Source: Zootoca vivipara (lineage: Eukaryota). Taken from it: a stretch of DNA of 64,000 nucleotides. The notes below the pieces were generated by a model that ran no database searches, was not told the origin of the DNA, and was given only the letters and a program-made list of their open reading frames with translations. The stretch is from contig NC_083281.1 in assembly GCF_963506605.1 (NCBI RefSeq), positions 55,676,001 through 55,740,000 of the forward strand, read 5' to 3'. The translations under genes and the position numbers were made by a program. This document shows, piece by piece, positions 1 to 14,540 of this stretch (the first letter of the stretch is position 1; each line of letters begins with the position of its first letter).

Positions 1-1495
1 GTGTTATCTCTTAAGAGATAAACACCTGCAAACACACACAAAAACAACAACTGGTGGTCCAGAGTCCAAATGATTCAGCCTCAAGATGAACTGAGATACA
101 CCTCTGAGGTCCTTTTGAGTTTCGATTATTCGGGAGACAAAATGTTTGAGAACTAGGTTGTTAGAAAACCAAGGTACGACTGTAGTTGCACCCAGTAGTT
201 TTGGAATGCACTCCCAGCAGATGTCAAAGAGTTAACTACTGTATGTAACTTTTTGTAGACATATGAAGGCAGCCCTGTTTTGGGAAGCTTTTATGCTTCC
301 CCCTCCTGTATTTTTGTTGGAAGCCACCTAGAATGGCTGGGGCAACCCAATCAGATGGGTGTGGTATAAGTAAATCACCATCAGTTATGGGGCTTTACTT
401 TCAGTTACTGGTAAATGTGCCTGATAAGACTGTCAACATTGTAGCCTGATCCTTTGCATTCTTCTTTGGGAGTAAGTTTCCATGGGTTCAACCATGAATG
501 GGGCTTAACGCTTAAGTAAGTATACACAGGATTCCAATTTTAATATTTCAATGCAATATTTTAGAATGAAAAGAAGTTTGATTTAGTTGCTTTTTAAAAC
601 AAATTGTAAAATGGCAAGAGTTTTCAGACTAAAGGAAACACTTCTTGCTTTTGAACTACAACTACGGGATATGTTACTTCAACATAGCAGAATCTGAGGA
701 GTTTCTTCAAACTTAATCATCCAAAAATGGGGGAACAAAAAACAGCTTCCGCCTATATTAGATTATGTGGGTGACGAATCTTTTCCTGTTCATTTTGATT
801 TTAGAAAAATTGACATTAGCAGGGGTCAGGTATACAGGGAAGTGAATTAAAGTGGCAGAAAGTGCACAAAATAAGAGAAAAATTAACAACTACCGGTAAA
901 AGTGCTCAAAAGTTTGACCAACAATACATGAAATATTGGTTCACTTGTACGGGGAGTGGGGGATAGTATACCAACACCTCAATGAGCAATATATGGTGAG
1001 ACACAAGCACTATTCAATAAAATATCAAAAGTGAATGCAGTGGATCCCAAGTGTGAAGACCGCTGCTATTGTATCTTTTAATTTCAAACTGAAGGAAGTC
1101 TTGTAGAAAGTTGTCTGCCTGGTTGACCATGGCAAGTAAAACACAATTAGAGGTGACAAGGCAAGGAATTTTTTTCAAGGTTGAATTAAATTTGTAGAGC
1201 TTATCTGCACAGCTAATCATTTTACTAGGAGTGACTGTTTTTCCATGTTTGACAACTGAGCTCCAGCAAATACGCTATCAAGCTAAGGCTAAGATCTAGC
1301 TTAAAATATTCTCCACCAGAAAGCCACAGAAAGATAGCATTCCTGATTCTGCAACTGTATCCAAGTCTGTTTCAGAAGGGGGGGGGAGAATCAGTTTGAG
1401 GGTCATATTCCTTTCTGTGTGATCTTTTGGGGGGGCTACCTACCACTTCTAGATGGGACCAGAAGGTAAATTAGGCGGAGCAATGAATATAAATA

Positions 1496-1553
1496 GTAGA
1501 ATAGAATAGTATAGTACAGTATAGTATAGTATAGTATAGTATAGTAGAATAGT
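1496..1553. repeat. (ATAGT)n pentanucleotide microsatellite
   Basis: Read directly from sequence. Confidence 0.9.
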
Positions 1554-2906
1554 TTCTACACACACACCCTCTACCCTCCCTACCTGCAAGCATGAGTTGT
1601 TCAAGTTCAAGGACACATTCCAGAAATGCAAAATCTCTCAAGAAAGCATGAAGAGGGCCAAGTGAAGGGTGTGGCCTAGGGCCGGGGAGGGCGGGGTACA
1701 AATTTATTATTAGGGAAAATTCCAAAAGCCAGATAGAGATGCTTGGAAGACAACATTCACCCAGCAGGGCCCAATGTTCCCTCACCCCAGTCTATAACAA
1801 CAACAAAAATGTGAAAAGTGTTTAGTTCATACCCTTCACTCAGATCTCTTCTGTGAAGCCCAAATCCTTAGCATTATATCCTATATCTTTCAGGACCTTT
1901 GCTGCTTTTATTATAGCAAAATATTATTTCATTTTTGTAGCATATACCCTTAACCCCATGTTGTAGTTAACGGAGATCAAAAGGACAACACTTTTTCTTC
2001 CTGAAGGTTCTCAAAGTAATTAATTCTAGTAAGTTGTAAACATGTCCAAGAGGCACTACAGGATAATATGCTAGAATTTGAAGATTCAGGTACTTAATTG
2101 CATAGTTACCAATCTACAAAAGCACCAAGTCTCAAAAGCCAGAGCAACAAATAGCCACATAAAGCTCAGGTCAACAGCTGACTGCACAATCTCATTCAAG
2201 TACAGGGCGAAAAACAATTAAACAGGCTACAAAAATCCCTAAGTATGACAAAAGTATGGCTAAGTATTGAGGGATAGCAAAATAATAGAAGGAACTGCAC
2301 TTGGGCTACATGAAAGAAGTTAAATAAAGTAGACTTTGTTTAGATTATCTGAACAGATGCTTAAACTTTTTTCTCTTTCATATTATATTCCATTTGTTTT
2401 GGTGTTACCTTACACTAACTTTTTATCTTAATAGAATGAATAGGAATCATGGAAATAGAATGAATAGCAACCAAGTGAAGAAGCTGCTGTTTGTGGAAAT
2501 TGAGTGAAATAGTGGAAGTTAAGTGTCTGGGATGAAGATGCAACATTGGGACTCCAAAGAGGTTGCTGGGATGAGGAAAGCAGCCTAAGATCTTGTGGAT
2601 TTCAGCCATAAGAAGATATCTCCTTAAGAACTTTAGATGCAGGCATTCCTAAGCAGGAAGAGGAAACTGTAGCCCTCCAGATATTGTCAGATTCCAATTC
2701 CTATACCCCCCCCCCCAGTCCTCCCAGCCATCATAGTTAATGGTAATTTGTGATGGGAACTGTCCTCTAGTAGTATCTGATGGATCATAGGCTCATCAGT
2801 CTTTTCCTAAAACACAAACTCAGAATGCAGAGAAAGTGTATTGAAGCTACTTCTATTCTTTCTTGACTCTCACCCATTCCTTTCCCAAATGTCTCACTCA
2901 TTAGAG

Positions 2907-3042
2907 CAGGCATCCCCAAACTTCGACCCTCCAGATGTTTTGGACTACAATTCCCATCTTCCCCAACCACTGGTCCTGTTAGCTAGGGATCATGGGAGTT
3001 GTAGGCCAAAACATCTGGAGGGCCGCAGTTTGGGGATGCCTG
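2907..3042. mobile_element. hAT (Charlie-like) MITE, 136 bp
   Basis: TIR CAGGCATCCCCAAACT; perfect 8-bp TSD CATTAGAG. Confidence 0.9.
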
Positions 3043-3786
3043 CATTAGAGCATGACAAATACTCATTTGACTCAATTGCACAGATCTGAGCTCAAACAAA
3101 GAACTCAACCTGAAGTGGTCCTGTGCCGGCAACATCTAAACATCCTCTTTAACCCTTTGCTTACTGCAATATTGAGCCATAAATAAATAAATAAATCCAA
3201 AGACCACAGTCATAATTGTACACTACGTCCCTTTACCTGGTTTGAAGGAGCAAGAGTTTCCTTTAAGAAACAGAGTCTAGGCTTGTGAAATGCAAACTTT
3301 AAAATCAAATCAATAAGAGGCTGAGAGGACTCCACCTATTTGAGGTTTAAAGATTGTCATTAACTTTGCACAACAAAAATACCTTGCCAGCCAAAATGCC
3401 TGGCTGCATGGCCTACACACATAAAAAAGCAAGAAGTAGGGCAGAGAAAGAGAAAGCTTTGTGGCAAATTACTTCAACATGTTCAATATACCAGCAACAG
3501 TATTTTCTACCAGATAACCTGTAGCTAACAATTCAAAACAGGCACTCAGTGCTACAATCTATAGAACATGACATGCTTTAGGGAGGTAATGCACTACAGG
3601 AGATACAGTATTGATAAGTGCATTAAAATCCTGGACTGCTCAAATAATAGCTCTTGACTGTGGTTTGGACACACTCAGAACACTTCAGCAGCTTTTTCAA
3701 ATGACTTTTGAAAAACTACCTTCTACCCTTGGCTGAAACAAAGCCACACAAATGTGTTTCAAATTATGTCCCAAAAGTACACCCTT

Positions 3787-3788
<2 letters not shown>

Positions 3789-3834
<46 letters not shown>
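3789..3834. repeat. (TG)n microsatellite
   Basis: Read directly from sequence. Confidence 0.95.
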
Positions 3835-3840
<6 letters not shown>

Positions 3841-4973
3841 TCCCTACAGTTTTGAAGCTTCCCACCATAATGTTTAATCCATCTGCCAATAACATGTCAG
3901 AAGGCCTCCAAAGCTGTAATAGTACTAGCTATATTGTATTTTTTTCCATGGGGTGAGGAGGCCTCTAGCAGATCTTTTCCAAAAAGATCACAAATTTCTA
4001 ACAAAATGAAGGTATAAAACATACAAATTTCCACTTGTAATATCTTTAGCCACCCAAAACAACTCCAAATGTATCCTAGAGAACACAGAAAACACTGATG
4101 ACCAAGGCATGCACAACCTGTTGAGAACCCCTGCAACTAGATATCTCCTAAACTTCCAGTATCAATCATTTCATGTGCCTGGTAATCTTAAATCAAATGG
4201 TGTAAGTGAAGCCCAGTTAACACCCTGAGTTTGCCCAGGATTATAAGATACTAGACTGCAATTTAGCAGAAGATGCAGTTTTAATTTTAACTAGAACAAG
4301 GCAGCTTGCATGTCAATTTTGACAACCAATAATTTGTTTCTGACACATTTGGAGATCACAGTAAGGGTCCCATTCTGCTCTAAAAATAATCTCGGATTCT
4401 TCAATCACAAACCTTGCATTTCACAGCTCCAAAAGCAAGCTACACAGTCACGCATTTCACACAATTTGCATGGCTTCACAATGTGGAAAGATGTGCACAA
4501 TGTACATCTGTCTGTGTTGTGAAGGGATAAGAAAAACAGGAGTTGGATTCATGAAAAAATGTTGAACTCAAGGAAATGAGTCGTATGAACAGTCAGTGAG
4601 ACATTGACGGAAAGCTATTACATGAAGAATGATTCTCAACTGAGCCCTGGAAACCCCTATCTGATGGAATGTTCACAAATATCATTTCTATTCTATGAAA
4701 AATAACATTATCTAACTGTCCCAGTTTGCACACAACATTAAGCCAAACCATGGCTAAGTATCATTGTGTGAGCATGCAGGAACTCAGAGAAAACTGCAGA
4801 TACTTCACTCTTCACCTTGTCCCACAACTACTGCACTTCCCAGAGCTATCATTACATCCCAACACCAGCTTGCATGGTATTTTATCGCCTGTAGATAAAT
4901 CATTAACGGTAAGTCAAAAACAAAAGTTGCTTTTTCTGGATCAAGACAAATCATGACCCTGGGTTCTGACAGA

Positions 4974-5015
<42 letters not shown>

Positions 5016-5120
5016 ACCCTGCCCATATGGCTGGGTTTTCCCAGCCACTCTGGGCAGCTTACAACACATATAAAACATAGTAAAATATCAAACATTAAAA
5101 ACTTCCTGATATAAGGCTGA
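4974..5120 (-). mobile_element. L2 3' tail with (ATT)n microsatellite
   Basis: Same gcccat.tggctgggtt..cccagccactctgggc terminus as at ~13900; further copies at ~190-370 and ~34605-34800. Confidence 0.8.
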
Positions 5121-8100
5121 TAGGCCAACCATGAAGCTCTCAATAACAAAGCAGCAGCAGAAACAGGGGAGGAGCAAGGTGGCCATGATTTTTCTTGTGG
5201 GTATCTGTATGCTCATGTGTTTATGTTTGCTCTGCTCCCTGATATAAATAAATATTTGGTATGAAGAGGCACATTATGTAGAAAGGCAAGGTAAGGGTTA
5301 CAGAATTAACCAAGTCCTGAATTGCCACTGAAACCTTTATGGTCTTTTATGGTATAAAAGGAAGCCACACAGCTACTCCTTCCATTTCACATGCCCTGAA
5401 ATTTTCATTGATTAATGCTTCTGACTGCCAAGTTTTCATGTTTTGCTCCTTAAATATAAGAGCTGTAAACTTATTTTTTTAAATGGAAATACTCAAAATT
5501 ATCCTCAGATAACTGCACTCCATTGTCACAGTAAACTCTGAATGACATCTCCATCAGTACCCATTTAAAAACATATATTTTTGTAGCATGCTGACATAAT
5601 AGTTTCAGCAATCCCAATCTGTATTAATCTCACCTTTTGTTTGTGAACTCTCTGCTGCTGGTCTGAGTTTAAATAAGATGTTAAGACATTTGTTTCACTG
5701 CCTTTGAAAACAGTTCAAAATGTCAGCTCATGCCAAATTTGGCAGCCAGTTTATTAACTGGGACCATGCTGTCTGAGCACATAAACACCAATTCTAGCTC
5801 AACTACACTTGCTGCCAATTTGTTTCTGAGCCCAATTCAAAGTGCTGATTTGACCTATAAAGCCTTATAGAAATGTCTGAAGGGTGGCTTCCCTACTTAT
5901 GGTACCTGGTACCAACCTGTCATCTAAGAGGTTTTTCCAAACATACACAGATCCTAAAACTATTTTAAATGAATGGAAATGTTAGCAGCACTTTTTTAAA
6001 AAAAACCAAAAAACACTAGTAAACCAGGGAACCAAGGAAAAGCAAAATTGGACCTTTAGCCATCCCATATCTAAACATGGAGTCTAAACAAGGAGTAAAA
6101 TTATCTGAATCACACATGTATTTAAATACCACTCCAATGAAATTTATGCAGAATGCTTTTTTTCTTTCTTTTACAGTAAAGACAAATCCACACAACTAGA
6201 GTCTCCCATTATCAGACCCTACACTATTCTAGGAATACAGATACAAATAAATTATATGGGTGTGGCTAATGATATGGTTCCTTCAAACATGAACAGTGTC
6301 CTAAGTGACCTTCCTATTCAGGATACATTCCAGTGACCATCCAGAATGCTTTTATGTCTCTTGTTAAAGCTAAACACAGTTCAAGCCCCACAACTGGAAT
6401 AAGAATTCTGAGTATTAAAATATGCAAATTTATAGGGCTGTTTATACATTATCTGCCCCTATAAACAGCCTAACTGCAGCATTTTGTACCAGCTGAAACT
6501 GTAGTCAAGATATTCCAGTCCAATATTAGCTGGAGTTTGTTTATGAGCCATAACTTGTAAAATCATCATGCTATGGTGTGCAGTGGGGAGAGGGAGTGCA
6601 CAAACCCAAAGTTCCTGGATGATTATGCATGCAACACAAAACTATGGTTTACTGTCAGAACATTTTTTGTGCTCCTTTGATCTGTACTTCTGAGCTTAAA
6701 ATGTCATTTAAAAAATAGCCTGTATTCCAGCAGCACATTGTTTAAACACACTGATAAGAACAGTGGCACCTAAGCAAAGCACACAAAGACAAGCAACACT
6801 AAGCCAGTCTAAATACCCTCTCTCTCACAAACATATCCTTTTGCCAATTACGGTACAACATTTACACCAAAGAGACACATGGAAGATAGAATATGGACAC
6901 AATGTTAGGATATAAATTGGAGGTGCCACTAAAAGGTTACAATTAGCAAAACACAAAATGGCACCAAGCCAGGAAAGCCAGAAGCTAATGTTCACAAGAA
7001 AAAACAATACTATAGCAGACTCAATACACAAGATTTTAAATATTTTATATTACTATTTTTAAAAATCAAAGCAGTTCATAACATAAAAACATACACTAAA
7101 ACAATTTTAAAAAATTAAAATATCAGAATTACTTTGTAAAACGTCAGTAGAATTCAGTGTTAATGATTAGGAAACACTCGAGGAAAGACCTTTTCCTCTT
7201 TCGATGACAAGCTTCTTTTGAACACCTTCATATGAATCACCTGACCAGTATCTGGCAATGGTATTTAAAGGCAGAATTTTAAGCAAATAAATGTTCTACA
7301 GGTATTTGCAAAATGTTTGTAGATGGAAGTCAAATTAAATTCCCCTCCTAGCAGCTGTAGCCATAAATGAAATTTTCCTGGTACTTCTAAATCCTCCAAA
7401 TCAAAGGGCCACAGAAACATGAAGATAAAAGTATTTTAATGGTGCAGTTCTGTGCAACTTACACGAGTTTTCCTGACCTGGTACTTAATTCTGAGTAAGC
7501 ATACATAAGACGTATTGTGGCACAAGCCTTTATAGATAAAAAGACTACTAAGTAGATCAGTGATGGGAAAACTCTGACCTTCCAGATATTGTTGAACTGA
7601 AACTCCCATCATTCAGAAGCACTGGCCATGCTGGGTTGTACTAAGAGGAATTGCAGTCCAACAACATGTGGAGGACCACAAGTTCCCTATCCCAGAAGTA
7701 GACTGGGTGCATGTCACAAAATGCACTAAAAAGACTAAGAAGACAGGAAACATTGGGTCAAGATGAGAAATCAGACTGTGCAAATATAGCCATCCATCCA
7801 ACATACCATAGAAAAACAGGAAAGGGTCAGAAGATGGAACAGGTGACCTTCTAACATCTAACTGCTGTTTTTTTCATCCAGTCATAAAAGATGACCTTGA
7901 AAGATTGCATAAATCGTCACCTATCACCTAACTGCTTGCTCCCTTTCCCTCCCTAATTAAAATTCTTGCCCAACAGGATCAACTCTGGCAGAAATGGTGG
8001 CACCATTGCAGAAAAGATGGGGAAATAATATGTATCCTCCCCCAAAATAGAAAAAACTTAAGTGGTAGTCAGAAGAATGGAAAGGGAAAGGCCAACGTTA

Positions 8101-9229
8101 CCTTACTGATGAAATACCTAGAGAGAATCAATACATAGTTGTGAAATTTGCCTTACGTTTGAATCAGACATCTTCAAAAAGGGATGACTGGGGCAATATA
8201 GAATGCTGCATTTATTTTAATTGTAACCCATCCTTCTTCTCAAAATGGGTCAGACAGGTTTACTTCTCTAAATCTAAGCTCTGCTAGCAGTTGACAAAAG
8301 AAGCCTTAAGGAGCACCTTAAAGACTAAGTGGTTTTATGTGACAGAAGCTTTTGGGAACTAGCATTTTATCTGATGCAAGAAGCATTATCCTCAGTTGCC
8401 AGAGAGACACCAGCTGTTGAAGAATGTAAGCAGTTTAGCTAAAATAAAATACATGAACTGCGCCTTATGCATTCCATGGCCTTTTGCTCCATTTCTTTTA
8501 CAGGGTCTTCTATGCTCCCCCTCCCCCAGGTATGTGTGTATTTGCATCTCTCTGCCAACTGGATAACACGTCATGCATCTGAAAAAAAAGTATGTGCTAG
8601 TCTATGAAAGCTTCTGCCTCAATGAATCTGTTACATCTTTTAAAAAGTTATATCTATAATCTGCCTGTTCAAACAGAAATCCCACTGAGTTCAATCCTGC
8701 AAAACTGTACAGAAGATTGCAGACTTAAGGTATCCCAAGATTCTCTCCCTTTTTGTTGGCATCTGCCTAATACATTATTCATTTCAGCTATTTTTATCCC
8801 CCATCCTCCAGCAACAAATATGGCTAACAAGTTAGCTAAGAAACCCAAAGAGTGTCCACCACCTTAAAAAAAAAGATTTTTAACAACAACCTTAGGAGGT
8901 AGATCAAGCTGGCTGGCCCCAAGGTCACCCAGGGAGCTTCAGTCCTGATTTGGCACTCTAACCACCACCACCACCACTACTCCTATTACACTTGAGGCTA
9001 ATCTTGTGGGATTTGGCTGGGGAGGTAACAGCACATCTGGAACCTCCAAGCCCATCCTCTAAATATGGGAATCTGCGAGAGTCTCTTTGAGAGAATCTTT
9101 TGGGTTGACAAAACAAGCCTTCTCCACTGGAGTGGGGGCGAGGTGGGAATAGCAATCACCATGCTATTTGGCCATGGCTCAAAAAAGAAGGGCGACCCAC
9201 ACAGGAGGGCGATATTAAACCCAAACACT

Positions 9230-10335
<1,106 letters not shown>

Positions 10336-12138
10336 CAAATACATATACAGTACACAGATTTTTATATACAGTACTCGCTCTCCCCACATACAGTATTCAA
10401 CTGTTAAAGATTATTGGGGGGCGGGGTTCACCTGTTGAATTCTTACCGTAGGTGCCAGATGGAGCAGAACAATGACGCATCAGTCAGCTGCGTCCTGCAA
10501 AGTTTTCAAAAGCCACAAATACTCATAAAGGTATTTGAACACTTAACATTGAAAATGCTGATACATTGCTACACCCCACCCCAGTCTCCATTAACAGTGC
10601 AAGATTCCAGTGGTCCAGGCACTAAACCCCAAGGTTTATATTTCCTTTTAAAATAAGGCGCAGCAGAGATGTCTTTAGGATAGGTGGCTTATATACAACC
10701 TGGAGAGACATGCAGTGTTAACACTCCAAGAGGTTCTTGCTTCTCCCATGGCCAGTTTTGGATGCCACCAGAAATCTACCGTGGCCCTCTGCTCAGCTTA
10801 CTGCATTTTACAGGCTGCCACTTTACTCTCCAGCTTGCCTCCAAGCCAGGTGCAACCTTAAACCACAACGCTCCCTCCAACTCTGGCCTTTGTCCTGCTA
10901 ACTAACCCAGAGCTGACCCCATTGATGACTGGCAGAGAGACTTTGCCTTTTTAATGGCTCATCGCCTTGCATTTTGTTCTCTGTGATGGCTCTTCTCCCA
11001 AGTGATTTCCTCAGCACAGAAAAACTGGTTTGGCCTAGATTTTGATCCTGCTAAATTCAGTGTTTGGCAGCCTCTCTTAATACGCCAAGCATTGATTAAA
11101 CTCCAACAGCCACTAGAACCAGAAAATTATGGGAGAATCTGGCCCCCAGGAATTTAGGGGAGTCAAAGCACCCACCCATTAACTCATAACAATATGAGTC
11201 AGTTCTTCCTGGTTTTTCGTTGTCTTTATCGAAAGGGAAACATGCTTTCCTTTGCAGCCTTTGAAGATGTCCATTCATGTGTTTTAAGGCCTTTCTATGC
11301 TCAGTAAGCTCTCACAGCTGCTGATTAGAATGCACATCTTATTGGAGGAACAAGTACTAGCCTAATTGGTTGATTTTCCATCTCACATCTGTAGTGAAAA
11401 CTTCTGCCACGGTAGGTTTTCAGTTTCCATGTCAAAAGGGAACCTTGCATGAATCAGAGATACAACACGAGCAGTTTTAAAGTATTAACACCCCAGATCT
11501 AAGCTCGTTTACTCAGAAGTAAGTCCCACTACATTAAATAGAATTTACTCTTAGCTGCATGGGATTGAAGGTTCAATATTTCCTACCTATCCAAGAATAT
11601 ATAACCTGTATTCTGGGATCTGCTCATTTGCAGCAAATAGCAGAATAGCCTTAAAGTGACCGTTCTGCTCTTAAATATGATCTTAAATGCAGGAATGCGG
11701 CTTGAGTGAGTAAAGTGTATCCCAGCCATTTTATAGAACTGTGACACAAAAACAGTGTTTTGGATTATTAAGGCTGCATCTTTTTATGTTACAGTATTTT
11801 ATATTATGGTAAATTGCTTCAGTAGCTTCTGGCTGTGAAGCAGTTTATAAATCTACATCTTAACCAAAAGGCCAAGAAGGAATAAATCTGCAAAATTAAT
11901 TCAAATAAGTTGGGATTTTTTTGAACACAAGAAGGAATTTAAAACATTACAGTTTAAATGGACATAAAATAAAACCTTGCATTAGATACCTGAAACTGTG
12001 GGGGGTCACTTACAGTAATGAATCTTAAGGCAGAGAAATTCTGGAACAAATTTCTGAAACATGCCTTTGTTATCCTTCCTTATAATTACAGGAATTTAAT
12101 GTGACCTGTGTGAGAGAGAAAGACAGATATAGAGATAT

Positions 12139-12589
12139 TGTTGTTGTTTAGTCGTTTAGTCGTGTCCGACTCTTCGTGACCCCATGGACCAGAGCACGCC
12201 AGGCACTCCTGTCTTCCACTGCCTCCCACACTTTGGTCAGACTCATATTGGTAGCTTCGAGAACACTGTCCAGCCATCTCGTCCTCTGTTGTCCCCTTCT
12301 CCTTGTGCCCTCCATCTTTCCCAACATCAGGGTCTTTTCCAGGGAGTCTTCTCTTCTCATGAGGTAGCCAAAGTATTGGAGCCTCAGCTTCAGGATTTGT
12401 CCTTCCAGTGAGCACTCAGGGCTGATTTCCTTAAGAATGCATAGGTTTGATCTTCTTGCAGTCCACGGGACTCTCAAGAGTCTCCTCTAGCACCATAATT
12501 CAAAAGCATCAATTCTTTGGCGATCAGCCTTTTTTTATGGTCCAGCTCTCACTTCCATACATCACTACTGGGAAAACCATAGCTTTAAC
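12139..12589 (-). mobile_element. 5'-truncated BovB (RTE) LINE
   Basis: Encodes RVPWTARRSN...LEGQILKLRLQYFG...HGVTKSRTRLND; (CAA)n tail; TSD ATAGAGATAT. Confidence 0.95.
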
Positions 12590-12598
12590 ATAGAGATA

Positions 12599-13663
12599 TC
12601 CTATATAATAATGTCCATGTTGTCCCTGCGTCCAGATGTCCCGTGTGTCCCTGAGGTACTGCGCATGTGCCCCAGGGATACAGGGATTGGACAGCAGAGA
12701 CTGCCCGCGCGCACTCTCCCCCCCCCTCTGCCTCCTCCAACCGCCGCTCCCGCCGGACACCGCCTCACTGCAGGGCACGTCAGGGAAGCGAGGGTGGAGG
12801 CCGGCGAAGGCCTCCTCACAACCCTCCCTGGCCCGTGAGAGGAGCGGCGGTTGGAGGAGGCAGGGGGGGGGAGAGTGCACGCGTCCTTCCTGTCGGCGGC
12901 TGGGGGAGAGGAAGGAAGGAGAAAGCGCTCCTCCGTTCCTGTCCCCCTGCCACCGACAGCAAGGACGGGTCCCAGGGTTCGGAGAAGCGCTGCACAAGCG
13001 CTTCTCCGAACCCTGGGATGTCTGCTTCCTGTCGGCGGCTGCGGGAAAGGAACGGAGGAGGAGAAAGCAGCGCTTTCTCCTCCTCCGTTCCTGTCCCCCT
13101 GCCGCCGACAGCAAGGACAGATCCCAGGGTTCAGAGAAGCGCTGTGCAAGCGCTTCTCCGAACTCTGGGAGGTCTCCTTGCTGTCGGCGGCTGCGGGAGA
13201 GGAACGGAGGAGGAGAAAGCAGCGCTTTCTCCTCCTCCGTTCCTGTCCCCTTGCCGCCGACAGCAAGGACAGGTCCCGGGTTCGGAGAAGCGCTGCGCAA
13301 GCGCTTCTCCGAACCCTGGGATGTCTGCTTCCTGTCGGCGGCTGCGGGAGAGGAACGGAGGAGGAGAAAGCAGCGCTTTCTCCTCCTCCGTTCCTGTCCC
13401 CCTGCCGCCGACAGCAAGGACAGGTCCCAGGGTTCAGAGAAGCGCTGTGCAAGCGCTTCTCCGAACTCTGGGAGGTCTCCTTGCTGTCGGCGGCTGCAGG
13501 AGAGGAACGGAGGAGGAGAAAGCAGCGCTTTCTCCTCCTCTGTTCCTGTCCCCCTGCCACCGACAGCAAGGACAGGTCCCAGGGTTCGGAGAAGCGCTGC
13601 GCAAGCGCTTCTCCGAACCCCAGGATTCTAGCGCCCGTTATTAAACGGGCTGAAAACCACTAG
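12599..13663 (+). mobile_element. Non-autonomous Helitron with internal ~152-bp palindromic tandem array
   Basis: 5' TCCTATATAATAA; 3' hairpin GCCCGTT-ATTA-AACGGGC 9 nt before terminal CTAG; sits between host A and T. Confidence 0.88.
12925..13622. repeat. Tandem array of ~4.6 x 152-bp units, alternating A/B (~303-bp higher-order dimer)
   Basis: CCC(A)GGGTTC anchor recurs at 12971, 13123, 13275, 13426, 13578. Confidence 0.92.
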
Positions 13664-13847
13664 TAGAGATATGAAACATTAAAAAAAAAACACTTGTAAA
13701 ATTGACACTGGCAGTAAAAGCAAGGAAACTCACAAAAAAAACCCAGAACTGTCACAGCATTAGATTATACATTAAAGTCTGGACAAATAAAAAGGTCCAT
13801 GTTTACCCCATAAAGCTCGTAAAGCGGTTTTTAAAAAGAGATGATGA

Positions 13848-13854
13848 TAATAAT

Positions 13855-13886
<32 letters not shown>

Positions 13887-14325
13887 ATTTATTTGTACCC
13901 CGCCCATCCGGCTGGGTCTCCCCAGCCACTCTGGGCGGCTTCCAGCAAAGATTAAAATACAATAAAATGTCACAAATTAAAAACTTCCCGAAACAGGGCT
14001 GCCTTCATATGTTTTCTAAATGTCAGGTAGTTGTTTATCTCTTTGGCCTCTTGATGGGAGGGCATTCCACAGGGCGGGCACCACTACCGAGAAGGCCCTC
14101 TGCCTGGTTCCCTGTAGCTTTGCTTCTCACAGTGAGGGCACCGCCAGAAGGCCCTCGGCGCTGGACCTGTGTCTGGGCAGAACGATGGGGGTGGAGACGC
14201 TCCTTCAGGTATAGTGGGCTGAGGCTGTTTAGGGCTTTAAAGGTCAGCACCAACACTTTGAATTGTGCTCGGAAACTTACTGGGAGCCAATGTAGGTCTT
14301 TCAGGATTGGTGTTATATGGTCTCT
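13848..14325 (-). mobile_element. L2-type LINE 3' fragment with (ATT)n tail
   Basis: Minus-strand RDHITPILKDLHWLPVSFRAQFKVLVLTFKAL, typical of the L2 ORF2 C-terminus. Confidence 0.88.
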
Positions 14326-14540
14326 AGACAAATTCATGGAGGTAAATGCTATCAATGGCTGCTAACTATGATGGCTATGCTCTGCCTCCACTGTCAGAGA
14401 ATTATGCTTCTGAAAATTACAGGAGAATGCACTTGTGCTCTTGTCTTGCTTGCAGGCTTCCTACAAGTTGGCCACTATGAAAACAGGATGAACTAGATGG
14501 GCCATTGACCTGATCCAGCAAGGTTTTATGTTCTTACTTA
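14326..14540 (+). mobile_element. CR1-type LINE 3' end
   Basis: gacaaattcatggag...gatgggccattg.cctgatccagca...ttatgttctta terminus; an inverted relative lies at ~57715-57900. Confidence 0.7.

Noticed and set aside
12925-13622. CRISPR-like look of regularly spaced palindromes
   Set aside because: No unique spacers, no cas genes, vertebrate context.
12524-13663. Several 270-330-aa ORFs on both strands
   Set aside because: By-products of a GC-rich, stop-poor palindromic tandem array inside a Helitron; repetitive translation with no recognisable domain.
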